Assembly: GCA_030390025.1 (NCBI GenBank)
Contig: CM059431.1
Location: 101,558,001-101,622,000, forward strand
From: Squalus acanthias
Taxonomy: Eukaryota
DNA length: 64,000 bases
Direction of reading: 5' to 3'
Positions 39,596 to 51,605 of the stretch are shown piece by piece (position 1 is the first letter of the stretch; each line of letters starts with the position of its first letter). The notes under the pieces are model-generated. The model saw nothing but the letters and a program-made list of their open reading frames with translations, was not told where the DNA came from and did no database searches. Position numbers and translations under genes: made by a program.

Positions 39596-41862
39596 AAGTG
39601 GGGCGGAGGGATCATAATATGATAGAATTCTTCATTAAGATGGAGAGTGAAGTAGTAGTTGACTCAGAGACTAGGGTTCTGAATTTAAATAAAGGAAACT
39701 ATGATGGTATGAGGCGCGAGTTGGCTAGGATGGATTGGGGAATGTTACTTAAAGAGTTGACAGTGGATAGGCAATGGCAAACATTTAAAGATCGCATGGA
39801 TGAACTACAGAATTTGTTCATCCTTGTTTGGCATAAAAATAAAACAAAAAAGGTGACTCAACCGTGGCTAACAAGGGAAATTAGGGATAGCATAAGATCC
39901 AAGGAGAGGACATATAAATTGGCCAGAAAAAGCAGCAAACCTGAGGATTGGGAGCAGTTTAGGATTCAGCAAAGGAGGACAAAGGGATTAATTAAGAGGG
40001 GGGGAAATAGAATATGAGAGTAAGCTTGCAGGGAACATAAAAACTGACTGTAAAAGCTTCTATAGATATGTGAAGAGATAAAGATTGGTGAAGTCAAGCA
40101 TAGGTCCCTTGCAGTCAGAATCAGGGGGATTTATAATGGGGAACAAAGAAATGGCAGCCCAATTAAATACATACTTTGGTTCTGTCTTCACAAAGGAGGA
40201 CACAAATAAATTCCCAGAGATGTCGGGGAACATAGGGTCTAATGAGAGGGAGGAACTGAATGAAATCAGTATTTGTAGGGAAATGGTGTTCGGGAAATTG
40301 ACGGGATTGAAGGCCGATAAATCCCCAGGGCCTGATAATCTACATCCTAGGGTACTTAAGGAAGTGGCCTTAGAAATAGTAGATGCATTGCTGGTCATCT
40401 TCCAAAATTCTATAGACTCTGGAACGGTTCCCATGGATTGGAGGGTAGCTAATGTAACCCCACTATTTAAAAAAGGTGGTAGAGAGAAAACGGGGAATTA
40501 TAGACCGGTAAGCCTGACATCGGTAGTGGGGAAAATGCTAGAGTCCATTATAAAAGATGTAATAGCAGAGCACTTGGAAAACAGTGACAAGATCGGACAA
40601 AGTCAACATGGATTTACAAAAGGTAAATCATGCTTGACTAATCTACTGGAAATTTTTGAGGATGTAACTGGTAGGATAGATAAGGGAGAACCAGTGGATT
40701 TGGACTTTCAGAAGGCTTTTGATAAGGTCCCGCATAAGAGATTAGCGTGCAAAGTTAAAGCACATGGGATTGGGGGTAAGGTACTGACTTGGATTGAAAA
40801 CTGGTTGGCAGACAGGAAGCAAAGAGTTGGAATAAACGGGTCTTTTTCCGAGTGGCAGGCAGTGACTAGTGGTGTACCGCAGGGATCGGTGCTAGGACCC
40901 CAGTTATTCACAATATATATTAATGATCTAGACGAGGGAACTAGATGTAATATCTCCAAGTTTGCAGACGACACAAAGCTGGGTGGGCGTGTGTGCTGTG
41001 AGGAGGATGCAGAGAAACTCCAGTATGATTTGGACAGGTTGGGTGATTGGGCAGATGCATGGCAGATGCAGTATAATGTGGATAAATGCGAGGTTATCCA
41101 CTTTGGCAAAAACAGGAAGACAGATTATTATCTGAACGGCAATAGATTGGGAAAAGGGGAAGTGCAACGAGATCTGGGTGTCCTTGTGCACCAGTCGCTG
41201 AAGGTAAGCATGCAGGTGCAGCAGGCGGTTAAGAAGGCAAATGGTATGTTGGCCTTCATAGCGAGAGGATTCGAGTACAGGAGCAAGGATGTCTTGCTGC
41301 AGTTATACAGGGCCTTGGTGCGACCACACCTTGAGTATTATGTGCAGTTTTGGTCGCCTTATCTGAGGAAGGATGTTCTTGCCATGGAGGGAGTGCAGCG
41401 AAGATTTACCAGACTGATACCTGGGATGGCAGGAATGACTTATGAAGAGAGATTGGGTCGATTCGGCTTATATTCGCTAGAGTTTAGAAGAATGAGAGGG
41501 GATCTCATTGAAACTTATAAAATTCTAACAGGACTAGACAGAGTAGATGCAGGAAGGCTGTTCCCGATGGCGGGGGAGTCCAGAACCAGGGGTCACAGTC
41601 TAAGGATAAGGGGTAAGTCATTTAGGACTGAGATGAGGAGGAATTTCTTCACCCAGAGAGTGGTGAACCTGTGGAATTCTCTACCACAGAAGGCAGTTGA
41701 GGCCAATTCATTAAATATATTCAAGAAGGAGTTAGATATATTTCTTAAGGCTAAGGGGATCAAGGGATATGAGGAGAAGGCAGGTACAGGGTACTGAGTT
41801 TGGCCGATCAGCCATGATTGCATTGAATGGTGGAGCAGGCTCGAGGGGCCGAATGGCCTACT
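39596..41862 (+). mobile_element. CR1 LINE, 5'-truncated, pseudogenised ORF2 (middle layer of nest; tail resumes at 43703-43720)
   Basis: ORFs 39598-40017 and 40085-41797 are joined by a frameshift near the G-run at about 40000. RT motifs are present; 'GEPVD-LDFQKAF' lacks the VVY seen in the sister copy. Confidence 0.93.
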
Positions 41863-43702
41863 ACATAAGAACATAAGAAATAGGAGCAGGAGTAGGCCAA
41901 TTGGCCCCTCGAGCCTGCTCCGCCATTCAATAAGATCATGGCTGATCTGATCCTAACCGCCAATCTACTATCTATCACAGAACCATCTCCTGCATCTAAC
42001 AGAATTGCACACACAAAATAGGAGCAGAATCAGGCTACACAGTCCCTGGGCCCGCTCCACTACCCACAGGGCCATGACCGATCCGAACCTAGACTCATGT
42101 CCAAATTCCTGCCCGCTCCCCGTAACCCTTAATGCCCTTTACTTCTAGGAAACTGTCTATTTCTGTTTTAAATTTAATTAATGTTGTAGCTTCTACAGCT
42201 TTTTGTGGCAGCATATTCCATGGACCTACCACCCTCTGAGTGAAGTAGTTCCTCCTCATCTCAGTTTTGAAAGAGCAGCCCCTCATTCTAAGACTATGTC
42301 CCCTAGTTCTCGTCTCACCCGTCATCGGGAACATCCTCCCCGCATCCACCCGATCCAACCCCTTCACAATCTTATATGTTTCAATAAGATCGCCTCTCAT
42401 TCTTCTGAACTCCAATGAGTAGAGTCCCAATCTACCCAACCTCTCCTCATATGACCACCCCCTCATCCCCGGGATTAACCGAGTGAACCTTTTTTGCACT
42501 GCCTCGAGAGCAAGGATGTCTTTCCTTAAGTAAGGACACCAAAACTGTATGCAGTATTCCAGGTGCGGTCTCACCAATACCTTGTACAACTGAAGCAATA
42601 CCTCCCTATTTTTATATTCTATCCCCCTAGCAATGAAAGCCAACATTCCATTTGCCTTCTTAATCACTTGCTGCACCTGCATACTAACCTTTTGAGTTTT
42701 GTGCACCAGGACCCCCAGATCCCTTTGCACTTCAGTACTCTCCAGTTTCTTGCCATTAAGATAATAAATTGCTCTAGGATTTTTCCTGCCAAAGTGCATC
42801 ACCTCACACTTTCCAGTGTTGTATTCCATCTGCCAAATCTCTGCCCACTTACTTAGCCTGTCTATGTCCCCTTGCAGGTTTTTTATGTCCTCCTCACTCA
42901 CTACTTTCCCTCCCATCTTAGTATCATCTGCAAATTTTGATATGTTACACTTGGTCCCTTCCTCCAAATCGTTAATATAGATTGTAAAGAGTTGGGGACC
43001 CAGCACTGACCCCTGTGGAACACCACTAGTTACTGATTGCCAGTCTGAGAATGAACCATTTATCCCAACTCTTTGCTTTCTGTTAGATAGCCAATCCTCT
43101 ATCCATGCCAGAATATTACCCCCAATCCCGTGATTTTTTACCTTAAGCAATAATCTTTTGTGTGGCACCTTGTCAAATGCCTTTTGGAAGTCTAAATACA
43201 CTACGTCCACTGGTTCCCCTTTATCCACTCTATATGTTACTTCCTCAAAGAACTCCAGCAAATTTGTCAAACATGACTTCCCCTTCGTAAAACCATGCTG
43301 ACTTTGTCCTATTAAATTATGATTATCCAAATGTCCTGTTACTGTTTCCTTAATAATGGACTCCAAAATTTTACCTACCACAGATGTTAGGCTAACCGGT
43401 CTATAGTTACCAGCCTTCTGTCTACTGCCCTTTTTAAATAAGGGTGTTACATTAGCAGTTTTCCAGTCTGCTGGGACCTTAGCGGAATCCAGGGAGTTTT
43501 GAAAAATTATTACCAATGCATCTACAATCCCTACCGCCACTTCCTTCAAAACTCTAGGATGTAAGCCATCAGGTCCAGGTGATTTATCCGCCTTGAGTCC
43601 CATTATTTTACCGAGTACCACTTCCTTAGTGATTTTGATCGTGTTTAGCTCCTCTCCCCCTATAGCCCCCTGTTTGTCCAGTGTTGGGATATTCTTAGTG
43701 TC
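41863..43702 (-). mobile_element. CR1 LINE 3' part with open 508-aa RT frame (inner layer of nest)
   Basis: ORF 42095-43621 with DFQKAFDKVPH, GVPQGSVLGP and FADDTK; tail repeat at 41863-41880. Confidence 0.93.
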
Positions 43703-43720
43703 CCCTATCTTCTATGTTTC

Positions 43721-45715
43721 TAATACTCTACCTTTCTGTTTTTCCTACCGAAGTGGATAACTTCACATTTATCCACGTTTCCTGCATCTGCCATGTATTT
43801 GGCCACTCACTCAACTTGTCTCAATCGCCTTGAAGCCTCTTTGCATCCTCCTCACAACTCACAATCCCACCTAGTTTCGTGTCGTCAGCAAACTTGGAAA
43901 TATTACATTTGGTTCCTTCATCCAAATCATTGATATATATTGTGAATAGCTAGGGCCCAAGCACTGATCCCTGTGGTACCCCATTAGTCACCGCCTGCCA
44001 CCCCGAAAAAGACCCATTTATTCCTACTCTCTGTTTCCTGTCTGTTAACCAATTTTCAATCCATGCCGGTATATTACCCCCAATCCCATGTGCTTTCATT
44101 TTGTACATCTAACCTCTTATGTGGGACTTTGTCAAAGGCCTTCTGAAAATCCAAATACACCACATCCACTGGTTCACCCTTATCTATTCTACCAGTTACA
44201 TCCTCAAAAAAACTCCAGTAGGTTTGTCAAACACGATTTCCATTTCATAAATCCATGTTGACTTTGTCTAATCCCGTTGATATTTTCTAAGTGTTCTGTT
44301 ATGACCTCCTTTATAATAGACTAGCATTTTTCCCCACTACTAATGTTAGTCTAACCTGTCTGTAGTTCCCTGTTTTCTTTCTCCCTCCTTTTTTAAATAG
44401 TGGGGTTACATTTGTCACCCTCCAATCTGCAGGAACTGTTCCATAATCTATAGAATTTTGGAAGATGACAACCAATGCATCCACTAATTCCATGGCTACC
44501 TCTTTTAGTACTCTGGGATGCAGATTATCAGGCCCTGGGGATTTATCAGCTTTCAGTCACATTAATTTCTCCAGCACTACTGTTTTTACTAACACTAATT
44601 TCCTTTAATTCCTCCTGCTCACCAGACCCTTGGCTCCCTCGCATTTCTGGGAAGTTATTTGTGTCCTCTTCCGTGAAGACAGAACCAAAGTATTTGTTTA
44701 ATTGCTCTGCAATTTCCTTGTTATCAATTATAAATTCTCCCATTTCTGACTGTAAGGGACCTACATTTGTCTTCACTAATCTTTTTCTTTTTACATACTT
44801 GTTGAAGCTTTTACAATCCGCTTTTATGTTCCTTGCAAGTTTACTCTCATACTCTATTTTTCCCCTCTGAATCAATCTCTTGGACCTTTTTTGCTGAACT
44901 CTAAACTGCTCCCAATCCTCGGGCTTGCTACTTTTTCTAGCAACTTTATATGACTCCTCTTTGGATCTAATACTATCCTTAATTTCTTTTGTTAGCCATG
45001 GTTGGGCCGCTTTTCCTTTTGTGTTTTTGCGCCAGGAAGGAATGTATAACTGTAGCAATTCATGCATTCGTTCCTTAAATGTTAGCCATTGCCTATCCAC
45101 CGTCATGCCTTTTAATGAAGCTCCCCAATCTATCATAGCCAACTCACTCCTCATACCATCGTAGTTTCCTTTGTTTAGATTTAGGACCCTAGTTTCGGAT
45201 TGGACTTCTTCACTTTCCATCTTAATGAAGAATTCTATCATGTTATGGTCACTCTTCCCTAAAGGACCCCGCACAACAAGATTATTAATTAACCTCTTCT
45301 CATTGCACAATAGCCTGTTCCCTAGTTGGCTCCTCAACATACTGGTCTAAAAAACCATCTCATACACACTCCAGGAATTCATCCTCCACAGTATTATTGC
45401 TAATTTGGTTTGGCCAGTCTATATGTAGATTAAAGTCACCCATGATTACTGTAGTACCCTTGTTACATGCATCTCTAATTCACTGTTTGATGCCGTCCCC
45501 TACATTACCACTACTGTTTGGAGGCTTGTAGACAACTCCCACCAATGTTTTCTGCCTTTGATGCTTCTGAGCTCCACCCACTCTGATTCTACATCTTGAT
45601 TTTCTGAGCCAATATCCTTTCTCACTATTGCTCTGATTTCATCCTTTACTAACCAGGCCACCCCACCTCCTTTTCCTTTTCGCCTGTCCTTCCTAAATAT
45701 CAAATATCCTTGAAT
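43721..45715 (-). mobile_element. CR1 LINE 5' part, degraded APE+RT (outer layer of nest)
   Basis: Fragmented ORFs (FRKDRRKGKGGGVA, GKSDHNMIEF, NYRQVRLT). It ends at KCEVIHFGRKNRKVEY and continues at 39595. Confidence 0.9.
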
Positions 45716-45834
45716 TGCAAGTTGTCACACTAAAACTGTACCATGTGCAAAGCACACTTTAAACACTATTTAGTTTTAGTCACGAAGGCATCATGGATGC
45801 ACCTGGTCCTACCCTCGTATCACTTTTTTAAAAT

Positions 45835-46226
45835 TTGTTCACTGGATGCGGACGTTGCCGGCAAGGCCAGCATTTATTGCCCATCCCTAATCGCCCCTGA
45901 GAAGGTAGTGGCGAGCCGCCGCCTTGAATACAACCGAGTGACTCGCTCGGCAATTTCAGAGGGCAGTTAAGAGTCAACCACATTGCTGTGGGTCTGGAGT
46001 CACATATCGGCCAGACCGGGTAAGGGCGGCAGATTTCCTTCTCTAAAGGACATTAGTGAACCAGATGGGTTTTTATAACAATCTGGTAGCTTCATGGTCA
46101 CCATTACTGATACTGGCTTTTTATTCCAGATTTATTTAACTGAATTTAAATTCCCCAGTGGTGAGATTTGAATTCGCGTCTCCAGATCATTAGTCCAGTA
46201 AACATAACCACTATGCTACCGTACCC
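45835..46226 (-). mobile_element. Second tRNA-headed SINE family; tail shared with the 36853-37899 LINE
   Basis: Minus strand: ggtagcatagtggtt A-box-like and gaattcaaatc B-box-like, central ctggttcactaatgtcctttag...gactccagacccacagcaatgtggttgactc, tail tagggatgggcaataaatgctggccttgcc. Confidence 0.75.
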
Positions 46227-46307
46227 GTTAATGCTTTTGCATAAAGGAACACTGGATGCAGATTAGGAATCGGGATCCTGGCTGATTTTATTTCTTTCCT
46301 CCCTCGA

Positions 46308-47297
46308 TGTCAGCTGTGGCTCAGTGAGTAGCACTCTCGCATCTGAGTCAGAAGGTTGTGGAGTTCAAGGCTCCACTTCAGAGAGACTGAGCACAGAATG
46401 GAGACTGACACTCCCAGTGCAGTACTGAGGGAGCGCCGCACTGTCAGAGGGGCAGTACTGAGGGAGTGCTGCACTGTCAGAGGGGCAGTACTGAGGGAGT
46501 GCCGCACTGTCAGAGGGGCAGTACTGAGGGAGCGCCGCACTGTCGGAGGGGCAGTACTGAGGGAGCGCTGCACTGTCAGAGGGTCAGTACTGAGGGAGCG
46601 CTGCACTGACGGAGGAGCAGTACTGAGGGAGTGCCGCACTGTCAGAGGGGCAGTACTGAGAGAGTGCTGCACTGTCGGAGGGGCAGTACTGAGGGAGTGC
46701 CGCACTGTCGGAGGGGCAGTACTGAGGGAGCGCCGCACTGTCGGAGGGGCAGTACTGAGGGAGCGCCGCACTGTCGGAGGGGCAGTACTGAGGGAGCGCC
46801 GCACTGTCGGAGGGGCAGTACTGAGGGAGCGCTCCACTGTCGGAGGGGCAGTACTGAGGGAGCGCCGCACTGTCGGAGGGTCAGTACTGAGGGAGTGCTG
46901 CACTGTCGGAGGGGCAGTACTGAGGGAGTGCTGCACTGTCGGAGGGGCAGTACTGAGGGAGCGCTGCACTGTCGGAGGGGCAGTACTGAGGGAGTGCTGC
47001 ACTGTCGGAGGGGCAGTACTGAGGGAGCGCTGCACTGTCGGAGGGGCAGTACTGAGGGAGCGCTGCACTGTCGGAGGGGCCGTCCTTCAGATGAGACGTG
47101 AAACCAGGTCTGCCCCCTCGGGTGGACGCGAAAGATCTGCTGACACTTTCCAAAGCAGGGCAGGGGAGTTCTGCCCGGTGTCTTGGACCAACACGTATCC
47201 CTCGACCAACATCACTAAAAACAGATTATCTGGCCATTATCATAATACTGTTTGTGGGAGCTTGCTGTGCGCAGATTGGCTGCCAACGCTTACAACT
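46308..47297 (+). mobile_element. Same SINE containing a 33-bp array (46420-47079, about 20 units)
   Basis: Head, array and body are present. Confidence 0.9.
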
Positions 47298-48065
47298 CCA
47301 GGGGGTGTAGAGAATGGGGCAGGAAGTCGGAGCACCTTTTATTGCCTCACTTTGTACTTGGCGACTGGTGCAACACCAACTTTTCTTCAGAAGCCAGTAC
47401 GGCCATGTTCTTGAAGTCGGCTGTCTCTGGCACCGAGCCTATCCTGAAGACGCCTCACGAAATTTCACCCCTAAAATTGCAAGAGATTGTAGGAGATTTT
47501 GTTTCTGTCTGGCCAACAAAAAGAAAAAAAGGAAATTCTGCTCAATTTCCCACAGAGACATGAAAGAGATAATTGGGACTCTAAGAACCAGAGTGCTATA
47601 ATTAAAACTAAGCTGCAGTGTATTGGAGTGCTGGGATTAGGACTCAGTATAGCGACGGTCCCGTGGGTTTTTTTTTCCAGTTACAGTATTTCCCTGGAGA
47701 ATTGATGTGCCGCTCCTTCATTCAGTGTTTATGTGAAGGTGCACTCCCATCCCTTAATGCACTGTGGTTAATGAGATGTACCGATGTGATTTTCAGTATT
47801 TAATTCTAGTTCATGCTTCGCTGTGCATGGCGTAGTGATGATAAAAACATTTATAGAAAATGTTTGAGTGTTGTATAGTGATGTTGCAAAATAATTGAGA
47901 GGTGGGAAAGACGGAGACTAATTTTACAGCAACATTACTGCAAAATGTTGTACTACCTTGCTTTCACGCGATATAGCTTCTGTTCTTCTTGTAAAGCTAC
48001 CCATGTGCTTTTATTTGTTTGATCAAGTTGACATGACCAGTTATGCAATAAACCATAATCTGCAG

Positions 48066-48732
48066 TGAGTCAGAAGATCCTGGGTTCAAGTCCCGCTCCA
48101 GAGACTTGAGCACAGAAATCTAGGTTGACACTCCAGTGCAGTACTGAGGGAGCGCCGCACTGTCGGAGGGGCAGTACTGAGGGAGCGCTGCACTGTCGGA
48201 GGGGCAGTACTGAGGGAGCGCTGCACTGTCGGAGGGGCGGTACTGAGGGAGTGCCGCACTGTCGGAGGGGCGGTACTGAGGGAGCACCGCACTGTCGGAG
48301 GGGCAGTACTGAGGGAGCGCTGCACTGTCGGAGGGGCGGTACTGAGGGAGTGCCGCACTGTCGGAGGGGCGGTACTGAGGGAGCACCGCACTGTCAGAGG
48401 GGCAGTACTGAGGGTGCGCCGCATTGTCAGAGGTGCCGTCTTTTGGCTGAAACGTTAAACCGAGGCCCCATCTGCCCCCTCAGATGGATGTAAAAGATGC
48501 CACCGCACTATTGGCTGGATGAGCAGGGGAGTTCTCCTCGGGGTCCGATCCAATATCTATTCCTCAACATCACTTTAAAAAAACGAGAAACATTATTTCA
48601 TTGCTGTTTGTGGGAGCTTGCTGTGTGTAAATTGGCTGCTGCGTTTCCCACATTACAAACAGTGACGATACTTCAGAAGTACTTGGTTGGCCGCGAAGCG
48701 CTTTGGGACGTCGTGCGATCGTGAAAGGCGCT
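48066..48732 (+). mobile_element. Same SINE containing a 33-bp array (48139-48433, about 9 units)
   Basis: Partial head, array, body and tail. Confidence 0.88.
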
Positions 48733-49148
48733 CACCCGAGAGGGCAGACGGGGGGGGGGTCTCTGTTTAACGCCTTATCAGAAAGACGGCACCTCCGACA
48801 GTGCGGCGCTCCCTCAGCGCTGCACTGGCGTGTCGGCCTGGATTTTGTGCTCCAGTCTCAGGAGTGGGGGGACCGTGAACCCACAAGCTTCGGACTCGGG
48901 AGGCGAGAGTGCGGCCCGCTGAGCCACGGCTGACGCTGTCCTTGGCGGCTGAACCGCCATGGTGGCGGGAGCGGCGGCCCTGAAACCCCTCTTTCCTGAT
49001 CACTATCCCGTCACAGCTTTAAGCGTGGCTAATGGCAGTAAGCGTTTTCTGCTCACACGTACCATTCTCTAATTCTTGTTATAATTCCGAAACGTTTTAA
49101 GTATATCGTACACACGCGTTTGCTGTAGTTGTGTTTTTAAAATTGATG

Positions 49149-49437
49149 CGGAGATGCCGGTGTTGGACTGGGGTGGACAAAAATGAGAAGTCGCACAACA
49201 CCAGGTTATAGTCCAACAGTTTTATTTAAAATTACGAGCTTTCGGAGCTGCTGCCCCTTCGTCAGGTACAGGTACATTGAGTACACTGCACTATTGGCTG
49301 GATGAGCAGGGGAGTTCTCCTCGGGGTCCGATCCAATATACACTGTACCTGTACCTGACTAAGGAGCAGCCGCTCCGAAAGCTCGTAATTTTAAATAAAA
49401 CTGTTGGACTATAACCTGGTGTTGTGCGACTTCTCAC
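49149..49437. mobile_element. Fold-back mini-element, copy 3, with captured sequence in the loop
   Basis: 14-bp TSD ttttaaaattgatg at 49135-49148 and 49438-49451. Confidence 0.88.
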
Positions 49438-50293
49438 TTTTAAAATTGATGTTGAGGATTCATGTAATATTTTGGGGGGTTTATTTTGGACGAGCTCCTT
49501 GTCCTGGACAGTAGTGGTCCTTTCCGGATGTTTCAGCATGCCTGACTGGTTGGTTTTCTGGAGAAGGCTTTTGTTTTGAAGGTGGTGTTAAGAGCGATTT
49601 AAAAAAAAAAAACCCCCACTAAGTTGCTGCCGGTGATGCTTTAAGTGGCAGCTGCAGATTATTTCCATGCTCCTCAGTTTCCTTCGGCCCGGTTTCCAAG
49701 CGTGTCCCGGTGGGACCTCGAGTAACGAATCACCGTGCCTTCAGATCAGCAAAATAGACGGGAGGCAGCGTGTATCTCGGCACTGAAGATACTGCAAAGC
49801 CTACCGGGAGATTGGAGCCTCGCAGCTATCGAACTGAAACAGGGGGGCAGGAACCAGCGACAGCAGTGCTTCAGCTCGATCTCCGTCAGACCGTGAATCT
49901 CGTTGCCTCCCGGAAGATGACCCTGTGTTGTGAACGAATATAGTTTTCATCTTTAATTTGATGCTTGCCATCGTATCTTTATACTCCTGGAAGAAAGCCC
50001 TGGGCTTGCAATTCCAACAGTGTTTTCGTGCTGCAGTGTTGGCTGTGTGATTTAAAAAAAAAAAAAAAAAAATTCTGCAGCCTTTTAACTCCCTTGTGAT
50101 GTTTTCTCGGAGATGTGTTGCTGTTCACCGCTAAAGGGGAAGACAGGAGAGCGGTGCAGTTATTGTGTGGGGTGGGTTCCCCGAGGGGAGGAGGATGCTG
50201 AGCGTGGTGCCGCTGACCTTTATTCGGAACGGTAGCAGTCTAACGTCCCCATGGAAGCAGAACGATCGATGAGCACCTCTGCACACAAGTGGA

Positions 50294-50455
50294 ATGGGCT
50301 GCACTGCCAGTATCATTCTGTTCGAAGGTTTGAGGACCATTGTCGCAAGGAACTGCAGTTATATTTGCAAACAGCAGACTGAGCAAGCATCTTTTGAAGA
50401 TGCAGTGCAGAATGTGGCTAGTGAGGAGACGAAGAAGCCAGTCTATTCAGCTCTG
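50294..50455 (+). CDS. Candidate (alternative) first coding exon of an unidentified host gene; MGCTAS... N-terminus, 54 codons
   Basis: Strong Kozak context ggaATGG, M-G-C-x-x-S acylation motif, protein-like composition, phase-0 donor CTG|gtaaag, inside a ~1.2-kb island free of recognisable repeats. Confidence 0.55.
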
Positions 50456-51252
50456 GTAAAGACTCCCATTTTATTTCTACTGTGTGTGTGTGTTCAGAAG
50501 AGACGTTCATTTATTTTGGTTACTCCTGTGTTTGAATGCTGCGTGTCGCCCGTGTGCATCTGCAGAATGTTATAACCTTACTCAAATTCACCTTTAACGT
50601 TGTGGAAATCAATCCGTTCTCTCCAACAACAACAACAACTTGCATTTATATAGCGCCGTTAATGCAGTAAAACGTCCCAAGGCGCTTCACAGGAGCGATT
50701 GATTATCAAACAAAATTTCATACCGATGGCAGATGGGTAGGTTTTAAGGAGCGTCTTAAAGGAGGAGAGAGAGGCGGAGAGGTTTAGGGAGGGAATTACA
50801 GAGCTCGGGGACCCAGGCAGCTGAAGGCACGGCCGCCAGTGCTGGAGCCATTAAAATCAGGGATGCTCTAGAGGCCAGAATCGGAGGAACGCAGATATAT
50901 CGGAGAGTTGTGGGGCTGGAAGAGGTTACAGAGATAGGGAGGGGGGAGGCCTTGGAGGGATTTGAAAACAAGGATGAGAATTTTAAAATCGAGGCGTTGC
51001 TTAACCGGGAGCCAATGTAGGTCAGCGAGCACAGGGGTGATGGGCGAACGGGACTTGGTGCGAGTTAGGACACGGGCAGCCGAGTTTTAGATACATGCAC
51101 TCTTGCCAAATATTGTGACTGGCTATGCGGTCTCATTATCATAGAATGATATAGCACAGAAGGAGGCCATTTGGCCTCTTTGGTCGAGCTGTTCAATTAA
51201 TCCCACCCCCTTGCTATTTCCCCATAGCCCTGTAAAGTTTTTCCTTTCAATT

Positions 51253-51605
51253 ATTTTTACATCCACCCGAGAGAGCAGATGGGGCCTCGGTTTAACGTCT
51301 CATCTGAAAGGTGGCACCTCCAGACAGTGCTGCACTCCCTCAGTGTGGCGCTCACTCAGTACTGCCCCCGACAGTGCGGCGCTCCCTCAGTACTGCCCCT
51401 CCGACAGTGCAGCGCTCCCTCAGTACTGCCCCTCCGACAGTGCAGCGCTCCCTCAGTACTGCCCCTCCGACAGTGCGGTGCTCCCTCAGTACTGCGCTGG
51501 GAGTGTCAGCCTGGATTTTTGTGCGCCAGTCTCTGGAGTGGGACTTGAACCCACAACCTTCTGACTCTGAGGCGAGGGTGCTGTCCACTGAGCCACAGCT
51601 GGCAC
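51253..51605 (-). mobile_element. Same SINE containing a short degenerate 33-bp array (about 5 units)
   Basis: Head at 51540-51605. Confidence 0.82.

Noticed and set aside
46310..47414. Long repetitive ORFs (STAPPTVRRSL, DSAALPQYCPS, RERRTVGGAVL)
   Set aside because: Artefacts of a 33-bp unit that lacks stops in most frames.
47830..47905. C/D box snoRNA (GTGATGA)
   Set aside because: No D box CTGA or terminal stem at a suitable distance.
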